A DNA stretch of 36,372 bases, from assembly GCA_965178125.1 (NCBI GenBank), contig CBCXTV010000011.1:1-36372 (forward strand), written 5' to 3'. The first letter of the stretch is position 1; each line of letters starts with the position of its first letter. Source of the DNA: Bilabrum cf. latius. Its lineage: Eukaryota. The notes below the pieces were generated by a model. That model ran no database searches. It was not told the origin of the DNA and saw only the letters and a program-made list of their open reading frames with translations. Both the position numbers and the translations under genes were made by a program. Of this stretch, positions 18,725-26,578 are shown piece by piece.

Positions 18725-21700
18725 TGCCTGCGAAGACTGCCTCGGCGAGCACCCGGTCGAACGGAACGTTCAATCCGTCCTCCTTGCACTGTGTCACGAG
18801 TCGGTGCACGCAGTCTCGGAAAAGAGCGCCCCGTCGTTCGATGTATCTCGCATGCGTTTCTTTGGGGCGCACCACCAGGCGCACACCATGGTGGTTCAAG
18901 AAAAGCTTCGCATCGTCGCTGCCGGAAATGCCTCCCTCACCATCCATGATGAGCTCCTTCGGTGGGCCATGCGTCTGGAACCAAAGTCGGGAAACGCCAT
19001 TGATCAATGTGGACGCCTCCTTGTTCGGAATCACCTCGGCCGCATGCCACCTCGTGCAGCGGTCGAGCATGTGGAGGATGGTGTGCCCAGAGATGAAGAG
19101 CAGGTCGCACTCGACCTGTTCATTGAACCGATCCGGAATCGCTGAGTTGCTCGCACTCGTCGGCCCTGGTCTGCTCCACTCGCGACACACCGTGCACGAG
19201 TGCACGATGCTGGGCACCAAGTCCAGTGCCTTCTGCGGGACTCCTGCTCGATGGAGCATGCGCGTGAGAGTCTGGGCCGAGGCATGCCACCACCTGACGT
19301 GCAGCTTGCGCAAGACACGGCGAATGACTGCCTCATTGTTCGTCCGGAGGGCCCGGACCGAATTGCCGATGTCAAAGTGGGTCCAATCCGGCTGCGGCGC
19401 CTCGCCGACAGCAACGTCGGCGTGGCGCGGCCTTTGAACACGTCGTGGTCCGCCTTGGCCCTGTCCATCGGCTGCATCGTCTGGCACCTCCACCACATCC
19501 GGAGGCGGTGGCGGCGCCGGCCTGTACTCAGCTGGTCCAGAGCTACGAGTGGTTAGGTCGGGCGAAGCGGCTTCAGCCGATCGGCATCCACGCGCTTCGC
19601 CACGTTGTGCACGATCTGCCGCTATCACACGCTCCTCGTCAGCCGTGCCCATGGGGCGGCCGTCAGGATCAACCGGGGCGAGCCTCGCCGTCGGCTCGCT
19701 CGTGTCAGGAGGTAGCACCTCATGTGGACGGTCGCCGCGGGCAGCACGGGTGACTGGCACATATCCGGAAGCAAATCGGCATTCTCCAAAGCGTAGCGTG
19801 TGGGCAGGATCGTTCCGTTGGAATCTGTCTCGGCATGCCTGACACCCTGGGTGGAACGGAACAACATGGGGCCACGCACACTGGCCCACAATGCGGCTGT
19901 GTGTTGGGTCGTCCATGGCAATGTTGCGCTGGCATGCCGGACACAGGCAAGCCTCGTTACCAGGAGGCGCACGTCGGTCTCGAGCTGGCTTCTGTCTCTG
20001 TCCGTGGGGTCGTGGCACCAGCTGCGGCCCTGCCTGCGGTGCTGCTCCGGAGCCGGAGCTGGAGGAGGCTGCTCCGACCGGATACACGGCAATGCTTTCA
20101 TTGATCTGTTGCTCGAAACCGACCTCGACTGGGTAGCGTCCCACAAGGAGTGCAGGGTCGCCACCCAACGAAGCGAGATCTTCACCGCAATCGTCGAAGT
20201 GGTCCTCGACGATCTTCGCCCTCTTCTTGGCAACGTGAGGGTTGCCCGCCTCTTTCTGCATCTTGCGTCGCTCCTTCTCCTTCTGCTTCGCTTCGGTCGG
20301 AAACGCCAAGACTTCTCGATCGTGCTGCTGCTCCAACTGGTTGCCACTGTGTCCTGCTTCTGGGGCCTGCTGCGTCTGGTTAGTCGTGTTCACGTGTAGG
20401 TGGTACTTGTTGGATGGCCTGCTGGGTCCGCCCGCGGGCGGGCTCGAACTGCTGAGTCTGGTGTGTCCTGGGACGCCCTGAACCGGACCGCCAGACGGTA
20501 CCACCTTCGCGCCCAAGAGGATCAACAAGGCAACCACAAGCAACGCAAAGATGCGGCGGAACATGCCGCATGTAGTCCCTCTCGTCGGAATGGAATCGCC
20601 ATCTGTATCATCTGGAAGGTGGCATGTGCTGGCGACGTACACCTGCCGGTTGTCGCCGCTGTCGGGGACGAAAGTGCGAATGCCTCGGCGGACGAAGCGG
20701 AAGATGTCCGTGCCATGTATCTTGTTCCAGATGTCAAGCCAAGTGTGTCGCTGGCTCTGTCGCCTGCCATCGGGCACCGAGAACACGGTGACGCTCGTGC
20801 CAGAATTGATGGCGGGCAGAACAAGACTCTTCAACGTGTGCTCGAACCCTGGGTTCATCCGTGGGGGGACCTCGATGAGCAGCTGCTTGCCCTGCCACGG
20901 GAGATGGTCCTTGTTGTGTGCGCGCATCGCATCGGACAAGCGGTGCAAGGCACAACCGTTCAACCCGTGGTCTTTACAGATGCTCAACTTCTGGCGGCTG
21001 CCAATCATGTGCGCGGTTCCCATCACAAAGAATGCACTGAACCCTGAAGCATTGAACACACTGCACGGATAGGCTGCGGAAGGCTTGTCAAAAAGGGCCC
21101 CACCAGCTTCAGCCGATCGGCATCCACATGGTGGGGCCTGCTCTGCCTCTGGCCACTCGGCGAAGTCCTGTACCGTGGTCTCGAGATGGACCGGGAGAAT
21201 CGGGGGCGCCTGCGGTGCCTGACACTTCGGCATGGTCGGCGCCACCGTGCGAAACGTCATCACCTCGCTCTCGGTCGGCTCGACCACGGTCGGCTGCTCG
21301 CTGCTCTCCTGCGTCAACAGGCTTATCTTCCTCGTCGCCAGGTTCTTCTCGCCAAAGTTGCTGCAGGGGAGCAGAAGGTGTCCACTGGGTGACGTCTCGA
21401 GCTTGAAGCTCTCCGTGCCGGGAGGCAAAGCCTTCGTCAAGTCATAGTCCCCTTCGCCGCAGAAATACATGCGCATGTCCTGGAGGTCAAGGATCGCACG
21501 GGCATTGCGCATGGTGGCCAGGCCCAAGAGGCCTGGCAGTTCCGAGTTCGGAACAATCGGGGTCGTGAAGTCACCCAAAATGGCATCGGCCCTGGTGTCG
21601 GACTTGAGCACAATGGGCAAACGCACGTCCTTGTTGCACCACTGCGATCCGTGGCCGACCCCTGAGACACGGAGGGGCTTCGGCCTGGTGTGCTCCGACG

Positions 21701-24700
21701 GGCGATGCCCGTGCTCAATCGCCTGAAGTCCGAGCTTTCGGGCCCATTGGTCACCGCAAAGATTGCCCACAGAGCCTGGGTCGATGAGGAGGGCGCTGCT
21801 GCCGTCAATGGGCCTGGTGTTCATGTGATAGTAGTCGCCTGCTCCACTGACCCGCAGCTGCGCGTCCGGGCAATGCATGTTCTCGCACGTCGTGTAGTGA
21901 GTGGCCTCGCCCACTCCTATCGGCGCCGTGGTGGTCGTCTGTGGCTCGTTCTGCGTCGTCGTCACCTCGTCCTCCTCCGCACTCGGGCTGAACTCGGGGT
22001 CCACCTGCAGCAACTGGAGTTCCGGCCTGAACAGTGCATATTGCCGAAAGGCCTGCTTGACCTTTGGAGTCCAAGCCGCAATCGGAGTGCGTAGGAGACC
22101 GTCGACTCGATGGGAGCCGGGCTCTGCAATGCCCGGCGGATGGACAGCCCATAGCACGGGGGCGTTCGCCAAGCTGTCACGAGAGTTCCCTTCAGAGTCG
22201 ACATAGGCCTTGGCATAGATGGCCTCGTTGCACTTCGGACAGACCAAGTAATGGAACAGAGAGTCGCACGCATCGGATCCGTGCAAGTGAGTGTCATAGT
22301 CCTCGATGGCCTGCTCATACTTGGTCCGAAAGGCATTGTACTCCTGCATCTCATACTCGCCGTAGCACTTGGCATGCAGACGGCATCCACATGAGAGAAC
22401 CACCGTGTTGGGCTCGGCGGACTCGTTGTGGCCATCGCCATGCTTCGCCTTGTACCACGGCTGCTGGCAGATGACACAGGAGTCGTGGTGGTGATCGTGG
22501 TGCTGCCCCTGCTCCCCAACAGGCGGTCCCGCCGAGCTGCCAGCGACGACGCTGTCACACAGAGGTGCCGGCGTTGCTGTCGCCGCGGGCACTGCATCCG
22601 CGCGGGTTGTGGCTCGCCGGACCTGCAAGGGGTGCTCCACCGGCGTGTCGGGGGCGGCACGCTTCTCCACGGACGATTCGCGGGCTTGCGACGACGACTG
22701 CGCTGATAGGCTGGGACTGCGCGAGGCACGCCTTCGGCGCGGCAAGTCCTTCTTCTTGTTCTCCTTCTGAAAGTGTGTCCTCCGACTCGCACGTCGTGAA
22801 GCTGGCGCCCGTGCCGGTGCGGGAGTACCTGCGGGCACGGGGGCTATCGCCGGGGCTGCCTGCTGAATCGACTCGGCTGCCGCACGGAACGTGGAGGACA
22901 CATCGAAGGTCGCGTCGTGCATCAAAACGTCCTGGCTCGCCGGCATGGGGGCCAAGATCGGGTACGTGATCGGCGTTTCGTCGAGCATGACTACGCTCCC
23001 AATGCCTGAGGTCGCTGCCGACGGCGGCGCGGCCGTAGGCGGACGGAGCTGTGGTCTCCACTCGGCAAGACCCGCACTGCCTTGGGCACTCGCAACCGGC
23101 GTCGGGGGCGCAATGGTATAGCTCTGCGTGGTGGTGCTCCCCAGGGCGCTCTGTGCCGCGCTGAACACATTGAACGCCACGTTCGTCAGAGCGCCCCACG
23201 CCTGGCCACCGACCGAGTGAATTGCAGATTGGCTGGCGGGGTTCAGCCGATCGGCATCCCCACCACCAGCCTGTCCGGCATCCACAGCGTGCACTGGCAT
23301 CGTCGGGCCAGCGAATGTGCCATACATTGAACGACCCGGAACCGGATGTGTCCTTTGCGTACTTACACTGCCGCTGCTGGCCGAATTCCTGTCTGGCGTA
23401 AAAGACACAGGTGCGCTGGGGGTGTACAATGGGATGCCCGTGGTGTTGGGATTGTCCACATGGTCTGCGGTCGGCGGCTGTGCGCTCCCGGCTGGCCTTA
23501 AGTTCGATGTTCTCGGGGCCGGTGTGGGCTGCGCTGGCTGGAGGCCGGCGCTCTCCACGCCCTGGTATGTTGGGCCCACAGCGGCACCGGAAGTCTGCAC
23601 GGAGGCCTGCACAAGGGTGCGCTCGTAGATTTCCTTGCCGATCTTGTCACGCCAGCATTGGCCCATTTCTGCAATGTAGTCACGAGGCTGCCGCGGTCCC
23701 TCGAACTGATCTACTCGCCGCGGTCCCTCAGACTGTTCCGCCTCTTGTTGTTGCCGCTGGAGGTCCCGGTTCGATCGGATCACCTCGGCCAGGTGAAAGC
23801 TGCCGGGCCGAACATTCAAATGGTCGGCGTCCCGGTAGAACTGGGGGGCGAAGTGTTCCTTCTTCTGCTTGGTGTGCTTGAAGAGATCCAACACTGTGTC
23901 GCTCACTCGGTCGGCTGCTCGGTCTGTGCTGGCAATCAGGTGCCTCTCGCCATCGTCACGATGGCAGTAGCCCTGCTGCCGTTGGTAGCCGTCCAAGCGC
24001 TTCCTCTCGAACAAAGTCGGCCAGTGTGGGAGCTCCTGATTCATGGTCAGCGACTGATACTTCTTGTCCCAGGTGTATGTTTCCTTCTCGTCCAACTTGC
24101 TGGTGCCACTGTCGCCATCAGCGTACGACGGCTGCTGACTGCTTGCACTCGCGGGGAGATAACCTGCCCTCACCAGACTCGGCACTGAGCCACTGCTCGT
24201 GGAGCTGGCGTGTGAGGCGCCTGCGTCGTCGCTGTACTGGGAGTTCGTCATGAAAACCTGGCGAAAGTCACCAGATCCAGGGGATTGTTCAACCTGGAGG
24301 TGGAAAAGGACTGTGGAATGTCCATTTCCCACTGGGGCACGCGCGAGCTCTTCGTCGCTCCAGAGAGAGCCGGACGTGTCGACCGGCCTCGCCATGTGTT
24401 CATTGACCATGAAACCCTGGAACATCGGATTGCGCTCGGCGGGCCCTTGCGAGAAGGAAGATGCCGAACCTGGGCCCATCTGCCATTGAGACCACGAAGT
24501 CCCACCATAGTGCGTGAGCTGATCGTTTCCGGGTTTTCCTCCTTTCCCACCGGCCTTCTGAGGGCAGCGAGCGGCAAAGTGATCCTCAGACCCACAGATG
24601 CGGCACGTCATCACCTTCCCATCGGTTCCAACAGGGTTCCGCATGCGCCCGAAACCTCCTGCTGAGGAAGACTTGCCTTTTCCTTTGCCTTTGCCCTTTC

Positions 24701-26414
24701 CTTTGCCGAACAGGAAGGTGCCGAACTCGTGCATGTCCTGGGGGTCGCTGGCGTCTGCTAGGTACTGATGATGTCGCCGAGTGAACGGTTTTCCTTGGTA
24801 TGGTCGTCTCTTCTGGAAATGCCCGGCCTGATCGCGACGGAACTTGAAGAAGCGGAAAGCCCTGCGAAACCTTCTGGTCGGGCGCCGAGTCGCCCGGCGC
24901 CAGTCTCGCTTGGCCTTTCGGTACTGGAAGTAAAGCTGTTCGTCGCGCGTCTCGGCCTGACTGGGGTCGATATCGTCCTCACCATAGTCGGAGGAAGTGG
25001 CCGACGAGGACTCGGCGTCCGTCTCATACAACTCCCCATGGGTCATCAGGACGACCACGCTGTCCTCATCGGGCTGCGGTGGCGCAGATCCCTTCGAATC
25101 GGCGACCGGAAAGACTGATGCATATGAAGGCTGAGCGGCACAAGCTGACGGAGCGGCTTCAGCCGATCGGCATCCACACGCTCCGTCTTGCACATTGACC
25201 TGATTCCATGTCATCGGAGTCGGCTCCTGATAGAACGCCGGTGCGCATGCCTGGGTCCTCTCACTGTGAGTACTGTTGACAAGCATCGGAGGCGGCTCGG
25301 CCTGAAAGTAGCGAGATGCATCATGGCGCGCAGGTCGGGCTCGGCTCCGTCCATCGTGGAAGGTCTGCGTGACGCCGACAAGGGGGTTGGATGCATTCTG
25401 GTCCTGCATGCGGGCATAGACCTTGATGTCCCTAACCATGTTCGTGTATCCGGCATGTGTCGTGGGCAAGACATTGTCCGGGAGGTACTTCGTGACCTCC
25501 CACAAGGCATGCTGCGGGAGCCCACTCAAGCGGATCATCTGGTGGCAGTGGTGGCGCCACAGGAAGAACTCCTTCCCTTCTTCGAGCTGTCGCATCCGAA
25601 GATATTCGTAGCGATCGTGCATCTGTTCAAACGTCTCCGTCGGATGCCGCTCGAATCGATGGAGCTCGTCGTCAATGGCGTCCTGGTCGTCGGCCGCCCT
25701 CGGTGCGTACCTCTCAACAAGGTCAGAGATGATCATTGACACGGGGTCCTGGACATGGCCAGTCGTCTCATTCGTGCGGCCCCTGACGAGGTCGGTCGTT
25801 CGCCATCTCTGTCGTAGGAGGGCGGCACTGCCCTGCAAGCCGTTGGCGATGATGATGCCCAGCTCGTGATGCTGGTACCGGGTGACGCCGAGCCAACGCT
25901 GCAGGTCCTCGATGTATTCCCGCAAGGTGTAGCCGCGGTCCGCGGGATTCCAGGAAGGCGGCGCAGTCAAACTGCCCAACGTGATCTGACGCGCCTGCCT
26001 GTACGGGATCGCGTAGGAGACGATGGAGAGGAGTGCTGCAAGCACCGCTGCGTGAGCCATCCCCAACATGTAGTGCACACGGATGTGGGTGCCGTCGGAG
26101 GGGTGAATGCTCTGCTCAGCCTTCGGCGTACTTTCCGACGTCCGGTCTGTCGTGCGGCTCGCCTCCGTCGCGTCTGTCAAGTATTGCTTCATTGAACCGT
26201 CATCGTCAAGGATGCCGCCGGGTGGTGAGCCCGGCGGCTCAGACGTCTCCGAAGTCGGAGACGAAGGGGTGGATCGGTAGGAGAGAAAGTCCTGCAACCA
26301 CGCTGCTCCGCTACCAGGTCGAGAGACACCTCCCGCCTGGCCTTCACGTTCATGACTGCTTGAGCCGAAGCTGTACGTCACGAAGAAGGACATGACCACA
26401 TAGCGTAGAACCAT
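18423..26414 (-). CDS. Copia Gag-Pol part 1: Gag with CCHC knuckle, RING-like finger, aspartic protease, Cys/His modules, integrase (HHCC + DDE core)
   Basis: APPSWNP...YIEDLQRW (Gag); CRICGSEDHFAARC (24564-24605); RING-like 22230-22478; LLIDPGS...GLLG protease (~21470-21800); LHVRWWH...CTVC, VECDLLF, LIMDGEG, YIERRG, TPYNAVYGR integrase. Start uncertain (ATG at 26414 in the LTR, or 26192). The frame switches near 18652. Confidence 0.92.
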   Translation of the reverse strand: MVLRYVVMSFFVTYSFGSSSHEREGQAGGVSRPGSGAAWLQDFLSYRSTPSSPTSETSEPPGSPPGGILDDDGSMKQYLTDATEASRTTDRTSESTPKAEQSIHPSDGTHIRVHYMLGMAHAAVLAALLSIVSYAIPYRQARQITLGSLTAPPSWNPADRGYTLREYIEDLQRWLGVTRYQHHELGIIIANGLQGSAALLRQRWRTTDLVRGRTNETTGHVQDPVSMIISDLVERYAPRAADDQDAIDDELHRFERHPTETFEQMHDRYEYLRMRQLEEGKEFFLWRHHCHQMIRLSGLPQHALWEVTKYLPDNVLPTTHAGYTNMVRDIKVYARMQDQNASNPLVGVTQTFHDGRSRARPARHDASRYFQAEPPPMLVNSTHSERTQACAPAFYQEPTPMTWNQVNVQDGACGCRSAEAAPSACAAQPSYASVFPVADSKGSAPPQPDEDSVVVLMTHGELYETDAESSSATSSDYGEDDIDPSQAETRDEQLYFQYRKAKRDWRRATRRPTRRFRRAFRFFKFRRDQAGHFQKRRPYQGKPFTRRHHQYLADASDPQDMHEFGTFLFGKGKGKGKGKGKSSSAGGFGRMRNPVGTDGKVMTCRICGSEDHFAARCPQKAGGKGGKPGNDQLTHYGGTSWSQWQMGPGSASSFSQGPAERNPMFQGFMVNEHMARPVDTSGSLWSDEELARAPVGNGHSTVLFHLQVEQSPGSGDFRQVFMTNSQYSDDAGASHASSTSSGSVPSLVRAGYLPASASSQQPSYADGDSGTSKLDEKETYTWDKKYQSLTMNQELPHWPTLFERKRLDGYQRQQGYCHRDDGERHLIASTDRAADRVSDTVLDLFKHTKQKKEHFAPQFYRDADHLNVRPGSFHLAEVIRSNRDLQRQQQEAEQSEGPRRVDQFEGPRQPRDYIAEMGQCWRDKIGKEIYERTLVQASVQTSGAAVGPTYQGVESAGLQPAQPTPAPRTSNLRPAGSAQPPTADHVDNPNTTGIPLYTPSAPVSFTPDRNSASSGSVSTQRTHPVPGRSMYGTFAGPTMPVHAVDAGQAGGGDADRLNPASQSAIHSVGGQAWGALTNVAFNVFSAAQSALGSTTTQSYTIAPPTPVASAQGSAGLAEWRPQLRPPTAAPPSAATSGIGSVVMLDETPITYPILAPMPASQDVLMHDATFDVSSTFRAAAESIQQAAPAIAPVPAGTPAPARAPASRRASRRTHFQKENKKKDLPRRRRASRSPSLSAQSSSQARESSVEKRAAPDTPVEHPLQVRRATTRADAVPAATATPAPLCDSVVAGSSAGPPVGEQGQHHDHHHDSCVICQQPWYKAKHGDGHNESAEPNTVVLSCGCRLHAKCYGEYEMQEYNAFRTKYEQAIEDYDTHLHGSDACDSLFHYLVCPKCNEAIYAKAYVDSEGNSRDSLANAPVLWAVHPPGIAEPGSHRVDGLLRTPIAAWTPKVKQAFRQYALFRPELQLLQVDPEFSPSAEEDEVTTTQNEPQTTTTAPIGVGEATHYTTCENMHCPDAQLRVSGAGDYYHMNTRPIDGSSALLIDPGSVGNLCGDQWARKLGLQAIEHGHRPSEHTRPKPLRVSGVGHGSQWCNKDVRLPIVLKSDTRADAILGDFTTPIVPNSELPGLLGLATMRNARAILDLQDMRMYFCGEGDYDLTKALPPGTESFKLETSPSGHLLLPCSNFGEKNLATRKISLLTQESSEQPTVVEPTESEVMTFRTVAPTMPKCQAPQAPPILPVHLETTVQDFAEWPEAEQAPPCGCRSAEAGGALFDKPSAAYPCSVFNASGFSAFFVMGTAHMIGSRQKLSICKDHGLNGCALHRLSDAMRAHNKDHLPWQGKQLLIEVPPRMNPGFEHTLKSLVLPAINSGTSVTVFSVPDGRRQSQRHTWLDIWNKIHGTDIFRFVRRGIRTFVPDSGDNRQVYVASTCHLPDDTDGDSIPTRGTTCGMFRRIFALLVVALLILLGAKVVPSGGPVQGVPGHTRLSSSSPPAGGPSRPSNKYHLHVNTTNQTQQAPEAGHSGNQLEQQHDREVLAFPTEAKQKEKERRKMQKEAGNPHVAKKRAKIVEDHFDDCGEDLASLGGDPALLVGRYPVEVGFEQQINESIAVYPVGAASSSSGSGAAPQAGPQLVPRPHGQRQKPARDRRAPPGNEACLCPACQRNIAMDDPTHSRIVGQCAWPHVVPFHPGCQACRDRFQRNDPAHTLRFGECRFASGYVPVTRAARGDRPHEVLPPDTSEPTARLAPVDPDGRPMGTADEERVIAADRAQRGEARGCRSAEAASPDLTTRSSGPAEYRPAPPPPPDVVEVPDDAADGQGQGGPRRVQRPRHADVAVGEAPQPDWTHFDIGNSVRALRTNNEAVIRRVLRKLHVRWWHASAQTLTRMLHRAGVPQKALDLVPSIVHSCTVCREWSRPGPTSASNSAIPDRFNEQVECDLLFISGHTILHMLDRCTRWHAAEVIPNKEASTLINGVSRLWFQTHGPPKELIMDGEGGISGSDDAKLFLNHHGVRLVVRPKETHARYIERRGALFRDCVHRLVTQCKEDGLNVPFDRVLAEAVFAGNALLTVNGSTPYNAVYGRVPHVLPSAGCGRGVGPGKDQSGAQHSYDDGRRAAQSSVGRRSRLLPGAIDQGRLWMVWPSHCGRPDQPVPGHDHIAMVAGIV
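20454..20472 (-). promoter_or_regulatory. Internal exact copy of the PPT-position/LTR junction (candidate central plus-strand primer)
   Basis: GAGTCTGGTGTGTCCTGGG is identical to 7017-7035. Confidence 0.55.
26305..26316 (-). promoter_or_regulatory. Primer-binding site, initiator-Met-tRNA type (TGGTAGCGGAGC)
   Basis: Begins immediately after the 5' LTR with TGGTAGC, complementary to the ...GCUACCA 3' end typical of eukaryotic tRNA-iMet. Confidence 0.85.
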
Positions 26415-26578
26415 GGCTGCGCGCAAGGGAATGCTGGTTGTTTTCCGAGGTGATCGCAAAGGAAGGCGCAGGTGAGAAGTGTCAAAGGGGCTATACAAGC
26501 GAAGAAACGCAAATGGCTTGCTGCAGCATTAGCCTGAGCCGTAGCTGCAAACAGGTTGACCAAATGCACTGCGAGTCT
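26317..26578 (-). repeat. 5' LTR
   Basis: Direct repeat of 6761-7022, followed by the PBS on the minus strand. Confidence 0.95.

Larger units (their letters stand above)
7322..25187 (-). repeat. 13 dispersed stem-loops with a conserved 23-nt core and covarying outer stems
   Basis: Hairpins at 7322-7363, 7499-7543, 10572-10612, 11185-11229, 12783-12824, 15196-15236, 15500-15544, 16084-16124, 17638-17683, 19561-19601, 21096-21138, 23231-23271 and 25147-25187. All are in the same orientation; none was seen outside the element. Confidence 0.95.
6761..26578 (-). mobile_element. Giant (19.8 kb) Ty1/copia-type LTR retrotransposon, recently inserted
   Basis: Two 262-bp direct repeats with 2 mismatches, PBS adjacent to the right-hand LTR, Gag-PR-IN-RT-RH order (integrase before RT), and copia-type RT/RH motifs. 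Confidence 0.95.

Noticed and set aside
20600-21020. Degenerate DNA methyltransferase between protease and integrase
   Set aside because: No recognisable FxGxG, PC or ENV motifs.
23813-23835. Possible 14th hairpin (peptide DADHLN)
   Set aside because: Core poorly matched at nucleotide level and no flanking inverted repeat.
7322-25187. Repeated 23-nt motif as a CRISPR array
   Set aside because: Spacing is 0.2-3 kb and irregular, copies lie within ORFs, and there are no cas genes.
7322-25187. Hairpins as SECIS elements or canonical kink-turns
   Set aside because: The UGA is on the 3' strand with only a 3-bp upper stem and no apical AA, unlike SECIS. No 3-nt bulge directly precedes the G.A pairs once the covarying pairs are formed.
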